Notes: a model not told the origin generated them from the sequence alone. DNA of 64,000 nt from Neisseria sicca (GCF_014054945.1 NZ_CP059566.1:562036-626035), one strand, 5' to 3'. Positions 18,398-29,012 are shown, numbered from the stretch's first letter. Numbers and translations: made by a program.

Positions 18398-20440
18398 TTA
18401 TAACTCCATTAGTCTATACAAATCATTGTCTAATTTAGCTGTATCTGGTTCTAGAATGTCTATATCCATTCCTTTTTCCTGTAAAGCTAATTTAACTGGG
18501 GAAGGGTCATACTCATCAGGAATTCGTAATAATGATCCATTTGGAATTTCCCGATTTTCTAAAAATGCAATTTTGGTTTTTATATGTGTTAATCTCCATC
18601 CCAAATTACTTATCCACCGATCTGCACCAAAAACACCTAATTTATGGTGCTCTCTCGCTTTATTAAATTGTTCTGTAAGTTGAATTTCTCTAAGCTTTAA
18701 TATTTCTAAAGATGATTCTAATCCTTTAATACAAACGAGTTCTTTACATGTTTCACAATCCCCATGGCGAGAGCATGGCGACATTGCATAATCATGTTCA
18801 CAAATGCCTATTTCCGTTATAGTTGCAATTCCAATTCTATTTTTTCCTAAGTCTTCATAGGTTACTGGAAGATTTAAATGAATTTTATCTAAAAGTGAAG
18901 CATACTCGGGAATAAGTAAATTCCGAACTGCTTCACTTTTTTCTTCTTCTGTCCTGTGATCATAAGCCTTATTATCTGCAATTCTAGCCCTCCCTGCCCA
19001 GTTCGCTAAAGTTAATTCATCCATTCCACCTCTCTCAGCTTTTGTACTTAACCAATGCCTTGCATTGTGTGATAGCAATCTAACAAACTCTCCTTTCGAA
19101 GTAGTTATACAATGCTTTTCCCATAATGATGTTTTAGGGCGTGTATCAGAATAGCAGAATCTATCATTAATAAGATTTACTGTTGGTAATATAAAAGAAA
19201 ATTTTTTAGGGAGAAAATTATCATGAAATTCATTTTCTCTGAATAATAATAAGGCTTCAGAAGCTTTAACGTTTTTATTTTTATCAATATATGGCCAGTA
19301 ATTGAATTTTGAGGTATATTTTTCGTATAAGTATTTCCCTAAAACATTGGGAGTTATAACACCACTATTTTCTTTCATTAACTTTTCAAACCACTTAGTT
19401 TTAATCCCATGCTTTCCATTAATTTCTAAAACCTTACCTATTTCTATTTCAGTTAAAGGTTTTTGAGGTAAATAATGGGATACTTGCATACCTTGATCTG
19501 GTGATATCATTACCGTGTTCGGATTTTCTTCCGCAAACTTTGCTGCTTTTCTTGCTAAAGCTCCTATATCTGTTAAACGTTTGACTGCTTCAATAATCAC
19601 ATCTTGCATGCTACTAGGAACCCATTTCAAACCCTCTTTTCCATTTTTTGCAGGTATCCATCGAATACCTAATTGCTTATTTCCTAGGCTATCTTCTTCC
19701 CATTCTAAGCAATTAACAGATAAAGACATCAACTCAGAACAACGAGATGGAGCAACCATAAGTAGAGCCATAACTGCTGTATAATACTCAGTTTCTTTAT
19801 CTAAATTTGGTGCATCATGAAAGAGTTTGGCTACCAACATCATTTCTTCATCTGTTGGCATTTTACTTGAACGGTATTCTTTTCCTCTTTCATCAAGCAA
19901 TATCGTTAAATCTCTAGGACGTTTATATGGGTTATTCCATAAAGACAAATTTGGAGTAATACCATTTTCACGACAAAAATCAAATAACTTCTCAAGTTGA
20001 TATCCTAATTTATTGACTGATTCAGTATCTTTTTTATATTTTTTCAATACAAGGGTTTCAACTTCATTAATGACTAAATTATCGAGTTGTAATATATCGC
20101 AATTGTCTTTTACATTGTATAAAGCCATTTCAACCATACGTAATGACTCAAGATGCCGTGATAATTGACGAACTGGTTGCTGAGAGTAAACATAACGAAT
20201 GTATGCTTTAGCAAAATCAATAAATGGTTCAGATAACGGCTCATATTGATAGGATGTAGATTTAACCCTATCTGTGGAAAAACGAACTTGAATGTTGTGA
20301 AGATTAAAGGTATCTCTCCATTGATTATTGTCCCAACAATCACTTCCGAAAGCTGTAAGTTTGTTTCTACAGAAAGTGATAAAATTTTCTAAACTGGATT
20401 TTGGATTCTCATGTACTTGGAAAAAAATTGTATTATTCAT
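18398..20440 (-). CDS. tyrosine recombinase 3 of 3 (large, TnpB-like)
   Basis: 680 aa. LLSHNARHWLST (RH motif), LANWAGRARIADNKAYDHRT (W/H...Y). Long N-terminal extension, as in Tn554 TnpB. Confidence 0.7.
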   Translation of the reverse strand: MNNTIFFQVHENPKSSLENFITFCRNKLTAFGSDCWDNNQWRDTFNLHNIQVRFSTDRVKSTSYQYEPLSEPFIDFAKAYIRYVYSQQPVRQLSRHLESLRMVEMALYNVKDNCDILQLDNLVINEVETLVLKKYKKDTESVNKLGYQLEKLFDFCRENGITPNLSLWNNPYKRPRDLTILLDERGKEYRSSKMPTDEEMMLVAKLFHDAPNLDKETEYYTAVMALLMVAPSRCSELMSLSVNCLEWEEDSLGNKQLGIRWIPAKNGKEGLKWVPSSMQDVIIEAVKRLTDIGALARKAAKFAEENPNTVMISPDQGMQVSHYLPQKPLTEIEIGKVLEINGKHGIKTKWFEKLMKENSGVITPNVLGKYLYEKYTSKFNYWPYIDKNKNVKASEALLLFRENEFHDNFLPKKFSFILPTVNLINDRFCYSDTRPKTSLWEKHCITTSKGEFVRLLSHNARHWLSTKAERGGMDELTLANWAGRARIADNKAYDHRTEEEKSEAVRNLLIPEYASLLDKIHLNLPVTYEDLGKNRIGIATITEIGICEHDYAMSPCSRHGDCETCKELVCIKGLESSLEILKLREIQLTEQFNKAREHHKLGVFGADRWISNLGWRLTHIKTKIAFLENREIPNGSLLRIPDEYDPSPVKLALQEKGMDIDILEPDTAKLDNDLYRLMEL

Positions 20441-20442
20441 AA

Positions 20443-21990
20443 TTAATGAGCCTCCATATTTTTTTTCATTTCATTACACGCTTGAACAACATATTCAACA
20501 GCCAATATAATACGATCCTTAGAAGATGCATAATCTATACTTTTAGTTCTTCTTAAACGTTCTTCTTTCTCTTTATACAGTTTATTTAATATTTGTTGAT
20601 GTGGACCATCAACCAAAGGTCTAAATTTAGGACATAAATAACAAGTCTCATAACCAGTTATACAAAAATCATTCGTCCCACATGCGCCTATAGTATCTAC
20701 TCCGTTATTAGTTATTAAAGATGTTGGATCAAATCCTCTCTCACTTTCATTCAAATTAGAAATAATTCTGCCAACAAATGCTTGGGCTAGTTTTCCCATT
20801 TCAGCACCCATAACGCGATCAATATATTGCACTGTATCCGCTGTATTTTCAGTATAGACTTTCACATTTTGTGTATCTGAGTGATCTAATAGTTCTGCTA
20901 TAATCGCTGCACCAACTCCTTTTCTCCCTAGGTTAGTTCCCCTTGTATGACGAAAACGTCTTGCATTAACATGAATGATTTCACCTGTCCGCTCTGAAAC
21001 AGCTTTTTGATGAATACAGAATTTTCGTAATGTGTTTTTCTCTAATGAAGATGTTGAGTAATGAAAAATATCTTTATCTAATAATGAAAGATCAAAACAC
21101 CTATTTTGTATATTCCTTTTCAAAGTATACCAATCGATAAACATTGGTAATCTCATTTTATAATCTGATATAAATGCTTCATCAACCAAACTAAGTAATT
21201 TTTTGTATTGATATTCTATGAAGTTTAAGAGAATTAAATACAAATCCTCTGTGATGGCAAGCTTTTTAAATGTTCCTCTAAATAACCCTCCTCTCTTTTT
21301 AGCCCTAGGGATATTTAGGAAATAATTCCATGTTCCTTGAGAAATTTCCTTTTTCAAGTCTTCAAATTTTAAATGGCGGATTTGAATAGGTCTTCTCGCG
21401 GTAGCTTGAAGTAAGTGAATATATGTATATGTTTCAAATGGAATAAGATCTTCTTTCCAAAGTCTAGCCAGCTCCGTCATTAAAGCCAAAATTTCATTTT
21501 CAGTAAATGCACCTGTATAAGGGCATCTCATTAATACCGCTTTACCTTTGTTGTTTCCACTCAAGGTAAAGCTTTCTAGCAGCAATGCAACTGATTCATC
21601 AACTCCATAATAACCATACTCATGCCATGAGAGCAAAAAACCTTTTAGTGCACCTAAATACCATTCATGATCTTTTCCTAATTTATTTTTCCAATCCAAG
21701 ATTATTGGCACGTTAATATTTTCTAATCTAGTTGAAATTACTAATCGTTGGAACTGTTGGTACATGTGAGATACGTGATAACTTGAATATTTTTCGGCAT
21801 ATATTGCTAATGTCTTTCTGAACCCTTCTAATGTTTTTTTATTAATTCCTAATATGTGTTTAGAAAAATTAATCTTTATTTCTTTGCTTATATGCCAAGA
21901 ATTTTCGTTTTCATCAAATACATATCCATCTCTAGATTGTCTAATAATTTTATTATGATTCATAATCATCAACCTTTTTTTGAAACTCAA
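20443..21990 (-). CDS. tyrosine recombinase 2 of 3
   Basis: 515 aa. HVNARRFRHTRGT (box II RHT) and LLDHSDTQNVKVYTE (H...Y). Overlaps the upstream gene by 38 nt. Confidence 0.75.
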   Translation of the reverse strand: MSFKKRLMIMNHNKIIRQSRDGYVFDENENSWHISKEIKINFSKHILGINKKTLEGFRKTLAIYAEKYSSYHVSHMYQQFQRLVISTRLENINVPIILDWKNKLGKDHEWYLGALKGFLLSWHEYGYYGVDESVALLLESFTLSGNNKGKAVLMRCPYTGAFTENEILALMTELARLWKEDLIPFETYTYIHLLQATARRPIQIRHLKFEDLKKEISQGTWNYFLNIPRAKKRGGLFRGTFKKLAITEDLYLILLNFIEYQYKKLLSLVDEAFISDYKMRLPMFIDWYTLKRNIQNRCFDLSLLDKDIFHYSTSSLEKNTLRKFCIHQKAVSERTGEIIHVNARRFRHTRGTNLGRKGVGAAIIAELLDHSDTQNVKVYTENTADTVQYIDRVMGAEMGKLAQAFVGRIISNLNESERGFDPTSLITNNGVDTIGACGTNDFCITGYETCYLCPKFRPLVDGPHQQILNKLYKEKEERLRRTKSIDYASSKDRIILAVEYVVQACNEMKKNMEAH

Positions 21991-23284
21991 TTTGAAGTTC
22001 TAATAATATCTTGTTAGCTTTTTCTCTAATATAACGTTGATTATAGAAATTACCTGATTTTTCTGACGTATGCCCCATGAGATGCTGTCTTATTTTTGCC
22101 TCTTTTTCAGGGGAGATAAAATCTTTATGGGAAGAATCATGATTTAAATTTTTATTATTCTTATCTACTTTTCGTGAAAAATATAAGTTCCATTCATGAC
22201 GAAAAATATGCGGATGAATAATAGAGAATCTTGGATCTACCTTTTTCATCGTTGGTACAATAACGTTGTCAAAAGAACTTGTACTAATTGGACTCCCTTG
22301 AGTTTTTCCTTTTCGATGAGTTACAAACAAATATGGATGTGTATTCGCATTGGGAACTTTAGAACGATAATTCATAATATAATCATTAAGTAGTTGAGCT
22401 ATCTTTTGTGATATTGGCAAGCGCCTTTCTTTAGTTTTACTAACTGCCTGAATTTTTCTTGTGTCAAATTTATCATCATGCGTTCGCTTTATTGTAACCG
22501 ATGGTTTAGCAGTCCCTATATCGATAAATGGTATTTGAAGTGATAATAGTTCTCCTCTTCTAATTCCTAATTCTTTCAGTAAGATAAACATTAAATGGTT
22601 TCTTTTTCTTATTCCGATATCTTGAAACGGATTATTAGGGTTTGAAAAGTTCGCAATAGACATAAACTCATCTAACAATCCATCGGGTAACTCACTTTCT
22701 GGTTTTATAGATAATGCTTTATGATTCTTAGGTCTTACTCCTTTAATTAGCGTAAGTAATTTTGTTAATTTTTTGATATATTCGTTAGATACACTTATTA
22801 CTTTAGATAGAAATAATATGTATTCTGAAAGTGTTGTTAGCCTATTATATTGGTGACTAAGGGATACAGACGAGTAAATATCAATAAATTGAGTTCGACC
22901 TTTCATTGACACACTTTTTTTTGTACTAATTACATTTTTTTGCTTTTTTACATTTATTCTCATATGTTGAATAAGAGATTCTAATTGATTTTCTGTTAAG
23001 AGTATCTCTTTATGAATCAGATCACTAATAACAAGATTATTCTCTTTTTCCCAGTTCATTAGCCATTGTATGGTTCCTAGTTTATTTCTAATGGTATTTA
23101 CTGCGGATTGATTACGTAGTTCTACTGTTACCCATAGGGTTGAATAAAAATCAGGTATACCAGTTTTCTCATTAACTAACAGGGAAAAGCGTTCTCCATT
23201 TGAAAACAGGATTGTTTCTAGTCTATACATATCTACTAAATTTACAGAGTTAATATATATAAATACTAACAAAGAAGATAACAA
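21953..23284 (-). CDS. tyrosine recombinase 1 of 3 (TnpA-like)
   Basis: 443 aa. C-terminal catalytic domain with R (GIRRGELLSL), HxxR (HPHIFRHEW) and H...Y (LMGHTSEKSGNFYNQRY). Confidence 0.75.
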   Translation of the reverse strand: MLSSLLVFIYINSVNLVDMYRLETILFSNGERFSLLVNEKTGIPDFYSTLWVTVELRNQSAVNTIRNKLGTIQWLMNWEKENNLVISDLIHKEILLTENQLESLIQHMRINVKKQKNVISTKKSVSMKGRTQFIDIYSSVSLSHQYNRLTTLSEYILFLSKVISVSNEYIKKLTKLLTLIKGVRPKNHKALSIKPESELPDGLLDEFMSIANFSNPNNPFQDIGIRKRNHLMFILLKELGIRRGELLSLQIPFIDIGTAKPSVTIKRTHDDKFDTRKIQAVSKTKERRLPISQKIAQLLNDYIMNYRSKVPNANTHPYLFVTHRKGKTQGSPISTSSFDNVIVPTMKKVDPRFSIIHPHIFRHEWNLYFSRKVDKNNKNLNHDSSHKDFISPEKEAKIRQHLMGHTSEKSGNFYNQRYIREKANKILLELQIEFQKKVDDYES

Positions 23285-23292
23285 AAGTCAAA

Positions 23293-23340
23293 ATATGTGT
23301 AAAAAAAGAGAAACCTTGCTATATAAGGTTTCTCTGGGTT
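23293..23340 (-). terminator. ssb rho-independent terminator (stem-loop repeat copy 2 of 2)
   Basis: agagaaaccttgctatataaggtttctct, 40 bp 3' of the ssb stop. Same sequence as 6993-7023. Confidence 0.7.
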
Positions 23341-23379
23341 TTAATGATTTATTTTTTACAAAATTCAAGTATACAGAAT

Positions 23380-23895
23380 TCAGAACGGAATATCGTCGTC
23401 GATGTCCTCGACAGGGGCTGCCGGTGCGGCGGGAGCTTGGCGGCGGGGGGCGGCAGGGGGTTCTTGGTTTTGCGGGGCGGCTTGGTATTGTTGTTGTGGC
23501 GCTTGTTGTTGGTAGCTGCCTTGGCTGTAACCGCCGTCGTCGTAAGGTGCGCCGCCGCTGTTGTCGTTGCGGCCGCCGAGCATTTTCATTTCATTGGCGA
23601 TAATGTCGTATGCGGTACGTTCGATGCCGTCTTTGCCTTGGTATTTACGGCTTTGGATGCGGCCTTCCAGATAAACTTGGCTGCCTTTTTTCAGGTATTG
23701 CCCAGCGATTTCGGCGAGGCGGCGGTACATAGTGATGTTGTGCCACTCGGTGCGTTCCACGCGCTGGCCGTTGCGGTCGTTCCAGGTTTCGCTGGTGGCG
23801 ACGCTGAAATTGCAGACGGCTTCGCCGTTGGGCATATAGCGGACTTCGGGGTCGCGACCGAGACGGCCGATAAGGATGACTTTGTTCAATGACAT
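23380..23895 (-). CDS. ssb: single-stranded DNA-binding protein
   Basis: OB-fold N-terminus ([38 protein letters not shown]), Gly/Gln/Pro-rich linker, acidic tip DIDDDIPF. Confidence 0.95.
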   Translation of the reverse strand: MSLNKVILIGRLGRDPEVRYMPNGEAVCNFSVATSETWNDRNGQRVERTEWHNITMYRRLAEIAGQYLKKGSQVYLEGRIQSRKYQGKDGIERTAYDIIANEMKMLGGRNDNSGGAPYDDGGYSQGSYQQQAPQQQYQAAPQNQEPPAAPRRQAPAAPAAPVEDIDDDIPF

Positions 23896-23898
23896 TTT

Positions 23899-25281
23899 TT
23901 AAACTCCTGTGATGATGTTTTCGGCGGCCTCTTGGTCAAATCCTTTTTGCAACGCCTTGATGTAAATAGTTTGTTTGTCTGCGCTGAAGGTAATGCTTTC
24001 GACGCCTTCGACTTGGGACAATGCTTGGTAGAGCGAATCGTGTTTTTCCTGCCATGCGGGGCTGACGGGATAGCTGAGGTTTTTGACGGGTTTGGGCGCG
24101 GGCGCGAGCACGGCGATGACCAGCCATAGCAGCATCAACACGCTGCAAAAGGTGAAAACGCCTGCAAAGCCGTATTGTTGAAACAGCCATCCGCCGCTTG
24201 CGCCGCCTACAAACAGCCCGACGGACTGCATGGTATTGTAAACGCCCATCGCTGTGCCTTTCAAATCGGCCGGCGCAATCTTAGATACCATGGACGGCAG
24301 GCTGGCTTCCAATACGTTGAAGCCGATAAAGTAAACGACCAGATAGGCGGTAATCAGCCAAATCGAGTGCATGCCGAACAATAAGCCGATTTGCGCCGCT
24401 GCGATGCAGGCGATGCCGAGGATGAAGACTTGCTTGAGCTTGTTGCGGGTTTCGCCGATGATGATGAGGGGGATCATAATCACCAGCCCTGCAATAGTCG
24501 AGGGCAGATAGACTTTCCAATGCTGGATTTTTTCCAAACCGAGCTGCGTCATGGCAAAAGGCAGGGCGGTGAATAACGCCATTTGTGCGGCGTGCAGCGC
24601 GAAAATGCCGAAATCCAAGTTGAGAAGCTGGCGGTCTCGGAGGACTTCGCCCATGCGAGAGGGCTGCGCCTGTGTGTCTTCGTGCAGCTTGGACACTTCG
24701 GGATCAGGAGTCATCCAAGCGACAACGCCTATGCTGATGACGGTCAGGATGCCGGTCAGCATAAACAATCCGGGAACGCCGATAATGTCGGCAATCATCG
24801 GGGCGACCACAAGGCTGACGGAAAAGGTCAAGCCTATGCTCAAACCTATCATCGCCATTGCGCGGGTACGCACGCCGTCTCGGGTCAAGTCGGCAAGCAG
24901 CGCGGTCACTGCGGCGCTGACTGCGCCCGCCCCTTGAATGGCGCGCGCGGCAACCAGCATAGGCAATGAGTTGGCGGCGGCGGCAAGAAAACTACCGGCG
25001 GCAAAGACAATCAGTCCGACATAAATGGTTTTTTTGCGTCCGAATTTATCGGAGGCGATGCCCAAAGGCAGTTGCAGCAAAGCCTGCGTCAGTCCGTAGA
25101 TACCCATTGCCAGACCGACCAAGGTTTTGTTGTTTTCCGCGCCGGGCAACGAGGCGGCATATAAGGACAAAACGGGGAGAACCAAGAACATCCCCAACAT
25201 ACGCAGTGCGTAAACGCCGGAGAGGGTGGTGCTGGCACGCCATTCGTGCGGGAACATTTGGATGCGGGTGTCTTTTGCCAT
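23899..25281 (-). CDS. MFS transporter with an extra C-terminal soluble domain
   Basis: 460 aa, 12 TM helices, MFS motif-A-like GIASDKFGRKK, roughly 70-aa C-terminal tail. Confidence 0.7.
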   Translation of the reverse strand: MAKDTRIQMFPHEWRASTTLSGVYALRMLGMFLVLPVLSLYAASLPGAENNKTLVGLAMGIYGLTQALLQLPLGIASDKFGRKKTIYVGLIVFAAGSFLAAAANSLPMLVAARAIQGAGAVSAAVTALLADLTRDGVRTRAMAMIGLSIGLTFSVSLVVAPMIADIIGVPGLFMLTGILTVISIGVVAWMTPDPEVSKLHEDTQAQPSRMGEVLRDRQLLNLDFGIFALHAAQMALFTALPFAMTQLGLEKIQHWKVYLPSTIAGLVIMIPLIIIGETRNKLKQVFILGIACIAAAQIGLLFGMHSIWLITAYLVVYFIGFNVLEASLPSMVSKIAPADLKGTAMGVYNTMQSVGLFVGGASGGWLFQQYGFAGVFTFCSVLMLLWLVIAVLAPAPKPVKNLSYPVSPAWQEKHDSLYQALSQVEGVESITFSADKQTIYIKALQKGFDQEAAENIITGV

Positions 25282-25409
25282 AAACGGTTTTTCAGACGAC
25301 CCGGTAGAATTTTGAGGTCGTCTGAAATTTTAAAATTATCAGATGTGCGGATTATACAGGATTCAAAAGGGTTTGCATTTGCACGGGCGCAGCCGTTTAT
25401 ACCCCGCGG

Positions 25410-26051
25410 TCAGCCCCATTGCCAGCGGTTGCGCCATGCGCCCAAGACGGCGTTGGGGTATTTGTTGCTGCCCAGGCTGCCGTTGAATCGCGCCAAAGCG
25501 CGGACGATGTTGCCTTTTTCGATATTGTTGTAGTGGCGCAGGATGGTGCAGCCGTAGCGCAGGTTGGTGCGGATGTCGAACAGGTTGTGCGAAGGTTTGC
25601 CGATATAGTTTTTCCAAAACGGCATGACCTGCATCAGCCCGCGCGCGCCCACGCCGCTGATGGCGTATTGGCGGAACGCGCTCTCGACTTCGATCAAGCC
25701 CAAAATCACTTGGGTATTCAACCCCGCGCGGCTGCTTTCGTATTGGATGTTGACCAGCAGGCGGCGGCGTTCGGCGGCATCGGGAACGTAGCGGGCAAGG
25801 CGGGAAGACATTGCCGCCAGCCAGCGTTCGCCTTCGTTTGGATCGGCGAACACGAGGCGCGGCGGATTGACATTGTTGATGGAGCTGCGCATCACTGAAG
25901 CGACATCGTCGGCAAGCGTTTCTTCGCGTTGCGCACCGGCGAGTGCGGCTGCCGGGCTGAGCAGCAATGCGCCGCCAGCCAGTAAAAAGCGGCGGCGGGA
26001 CGGGGATTCGGGCGTGAGGATAAGGTTTTCCGTTTTCATGTGTACTGTCAT
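25410..26051 (-). CDS. lytic transglycosylase (SLT domain), Tat/Sec-exported
   Basis: RRRFLLAGGALLLSPAAALA signal. SLT catalytic region ...EVESAFRQYAISGVGARGLMQV... Confidence 0.8.
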   Translation of the reverse strand: MTVHMKTENLILTPESPSRRRFLLAGGALLLSPAAALAGAQREETLADDVASVMRSSINNVNPPRLVFADPNEGERWLAAMSSRLARYVPDAAERRRLLVNIQYESSRAGLNTQVILGLIEVESAFRQYAISGVGARGLMQVMPFWKNYIGKPSHNLFDIRTNLRYGCTILRHYNNIEKGNIVRALARFNGSLGSNKYPNAVLGAWRNRWQWG

Positions 26052-26319
26052 TCGTTTAGTCGGTTTAAAGGTCGTCTGAAAACCCTATTTTTGTTTTCAG
26101 ACGACCTTTTGACGTTTGCAAAACGGGTATTATAAGAATATCTCCGTGCAGAATCAAAGGTGGCGTACATCATTGATGAGCAGATTGACTTGAAACAGAC
26201 AATGCGTGATACATCAATACGGTGCAATATTGCGGCGGTTTAAAGTTGATCTGCGATATTGTCAATCAACGGCGGGACAGAGTAACATTAGAGCTTCGTT
26301 TATCCACCGGTATTTCTTC

Positions 26320-27828
26320 ATGACCACTACGCCCACCAACGTCCTGGCATCCGTCGATTTAGGTTCCAACAGCTTCCGCCTCCAAGTTTGCGAAAACAAC
26401 AACGGACAACTGAAAGTCATCGATTCCTTCAAACAAATGGTGCGTTTTGCCGCCGGTTTGGACGAACATAAAAACCTCGACGAAGCATCACAAGAGCGCG
26501 CCTTGGACTGTTTGGCAAAATTCGGCGAACGGCTGCGCGGGTTCAAACCCGAACAAGTGCGCGTTGTGGCGACCAATACCTTCCGCGTAGCAAAAAATAT
26601 CGCCCAATTCCTACCCAAAGCCGAAGCCGCACTGGGCTTCCCCATCGAAATCATCGCAGGCCGTGAAGAAGCCCGCCTCATTTACACCGGCGTCGTCCAC
26701 ACCCTACCGCCCAACGGCGACAAGATGCTCGTCATCGACATCGGCGGCGGCTCGACCGAATTCGTCATCGGCTCCGACCTCCAGCCGCTCGCTACCGAAA
26801 GCCTGCCCTTAGGCTGCGTCACTTACAGCCTGCGTTTCTTCCAAAACAAAATCACCGCCAAAGACTTCCAAGCCGCCATCTCTGCCGCACGTAACGAAAT
26901 CCAGCGCATCAGCAAACTCATGAAGCGTACAGGTTGGGATTTCGCCATCGGCACATCCGGCTCCGCCAAATCCATCCGCGACCTCATCGCCGCCGAGCTG
27001 CCCCAAGAAGCCGACATCACCTACAAAGGCATGCGCTACCTCGCCGACCGCATCATTGAAGCCGGTTCCGTCAAAAAAGCCAAATTCGAAAGCCTCAAGC
27101 CCGAACGCGTGGAAGTGTTCGCCGGCGGACTGGCCGTCATGATGGCAGCGTTTGAAGAACTCGAACTCACCAAAATGACCGTTACCGAAGCCGCCCTGCG
27201 CGACGGCGTATTCTACGATCTGATTGGGCGAGGTTTGAACGAAGACATGCGCGATCAGACGACCGCTGAGTTCCAAAACCGCTACCACGTCAGCCTCAAC
27301 CAAGCCAAACGCGTCGCCGAAACCGCGCAAGCCTTTATGGACAGCCTGTGCCACGCCAAAAACGTAACCGTCCAAGACCTTGCCCAATGGCAACAATACC
27401 TCGGCTGGGCAGGCAGACTGCACGAAATCGGACTCGACATCGCCCACACCGGCTACCACAAACACTCCGCCTACATCCTCGAAAACGCCGATATGCCCGG
27501 CTTCTCCCGCAAAGAACAAACCATACTCGCGCAACTGGTCATCGGACACCGCGGCGACATGAAAAAAATGGCGGACATCGTCGGTAGCAGCGAAATGCTT
27601 TGGTACGCCGTCCTTTCCCTGCGCCTCGCCGCACTTTTCTGCCGCGCCCGCCTGCCTTTGGATCTGCCGCCGCAAACCCAACTGCGCGCCGACGAAACCG
27701 GCAAAGGCTTCATCCTGCGCATCAGCCAAAACTGGCTCGAACAACACCCCCTAATCGCCGCCGCGCTCGACTACGAAAGCGCGCAATGGCAAAAGATCGA
27801 TATGCCTTTCAACGTGCAGCCTCAATAG
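26320..27828 (+). CDS. ppx: exopolyphosphatase / guanosine pentaphosphate phosphohydrolase (Ppx/GppA family)
   Basis: Start MTTTPTNVLASVDLGSNSFRL (ASKHA fold phosphate-1 motif), DIGGGSTEF (phosphate-2). 502 aa. Confidence 0.85.
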   Translation: MTTTPTNVLASVDLGSNSFRLQVCENNNGQLKVIDSFKQMVRFAAGLDEHKNLDEASQERALDCLAKFGERLRGFKPEQVRVVATNTFRVAKNIAQFLPKAEAALGFPIEIIAGREEARLIYTGVVHTLPPNGDKMLVIDIGGGSTEFVIGSDLQPLATESLPLGCVTYSLRFFQNKITAKDFQAAISAARNEIQRISKLMKRTGWDFAIGTSGSAKSIRDLIAAELPQEADITYKGMRYLADRIIEAGSVKKAKFESLKPERVEVFAGGLAVMMAAFEELELTKMTVTEAALRDGVFYDLIGRGLNEDMRDQTTAEFQNRYHVSLNQAKRVAETAQAFMDSLCHAKNVTVQDLAQWQQYLGWAGRLHEIGLDIAHTGYHKHSAYILENADMPGFSRKEQTILAQLVIGHRGDMKKMADIVGSSEMLWYAVLSLRLAALFCRARLPLDLPPQTQLRADETGKGFILRISQNWLEQHPLIAAALDYESAQWQKIDMPFNVQPQ

Positions 27829-27841
27829 GGCTGAAAATAGT

Positions 27842-27881
27842 AAAAAGGTCGTCTGAAAATTAGATTCAGACGACCTTTTTG
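27842..27881 (+). terminator. DUS (mucDUS dialect) inverted-pair terminator
   Basis: aaaaaggtcgtctgaaaattagattcagacgacctttttg. Confidence 0.65.
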
Positions 27882-28108
27882 TTATTTGCAGGGATGTCGT
27901 GATTTGAGATAAGGATTTTGAATCCAATATTTTTTAGTATTTGAAACAGGTCGATAAGGGCTGACCCATCAGATATTTTATCAATGGGTATGGTTTGGGA
28001 TGAAGCATGGGCTTTCCTCAATAAATCACTCAAACATAATGTTCTAACACATCGATAGTGTTTCCTATTTAAGATTAAGCAAGTAAAAAACGTTTATCGT
28101 TTGCTGCT

Positions 28109-29012
28109 ATAGTAAATTAAAAACAAAATAGTACAATACTCAACTTTGAAGGTTTAACCATGGCATACTCTGCGGACTTAAGAAACAAAGCTTTAAACTA
28201 TTACGAACAATGCAAAAACATCAGCCAAACCGCAGCAACGTTTAACTTGTCAAGAAACACGCTTTACCTGTGGATTCGCCTTAAAAAACAAACAGGCAGC
28301 CTAAAACATCAAGTTACCGGTCTAAATGCCGTCAAATTGGATAGGCAAAAACTGGCTCAATATGTTGAGCAACACCAGGATGCCTATCTGCATGAAATCG
28401 CCAAACATTTTGATTGTACGCCAGCCGCCGTTTGCTATGCACTCAAACAGATGGGGATGACGCGCAAAAAAAGACCACCACTTACAAAGAACAAGACCCG
28501 GCCAAAGTAACGCATTATTTGACACAACTGGCCGAATTTTCCGACTACCAACGTGTTTATTTGGATGAAACAGGATTTGACCGCTACCTGTTCCGTCCCT
28601 ATGCCCGTAGCCTGAGAGGGCAAATAGTGAAAGCGCAGATAAGTGGAAAAAGATACCGACGCTTATCTCTGGTGTCCGCACAAGTCGGCAACCGGCTGAT
28701 TGCTCCGATGGTTTATCAAAATACGATGACCGGAGTCTTTTTTGAAGCGTGGTTTCAGCAATGCCTACTGCCCGCATTGACTCAAAAATCGGTGATTATT
28801 TTAGATAATGCACGATTTCACCGTATGGGTGTCTTACGGGAAATGGCGGAAAAATTGGGACATAAGGTATTGCCTCTTGCACCTTATTCACCTGAGCTCA
28901 ACCCGATTGAGAAGGTGTGGGCGAATATTAAGCGGTATCTGCGAACCGTATTGTCTGATTACGCCCGATTTGACGATGCGTTACTGTCCTATTTTGATTT
29001 TAATTGACTATA
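28109..29012 (+). mobile_element. IS630-family insertion sequence
   Basis: Imperfect 22-bp terminal inverted repeats (tatagtaaattaaaaacaaaat / attttgattttaattgactata), each abutting TA. Two overlapping transposase ORFs. Confidence 0.7.
28160..29007 (+). CDS. IS630-family transposase, orfA/orfB joined by programmed -1 frameshift
   Basis: orfA 28160-28510 (HTH). orfB 28414-29007 (DDE: DETGF...DNARFH...SPELNPIEKVW). Slippery A7G (aaaaaaag) at 28463-28470 lies in the overlap. Confidence 0.7.

Larger units (their letters stand above)
17945..23292 (-). mobile_element. low-GC (~30%) integrative element encoding three tyrosine recombinases plus a small accessory protein (Tn554-like / recombinase-in-trio-like)
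   Basis: Four overlapping or abutting minus-strand genes (23284->17986). There is a sharp GC drop relative to flanks of 50-55% GC. Right boundary lies within ~10 bp of the ssb terminator hairpin. The left boundary is approximate. Confidence 0.7.
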
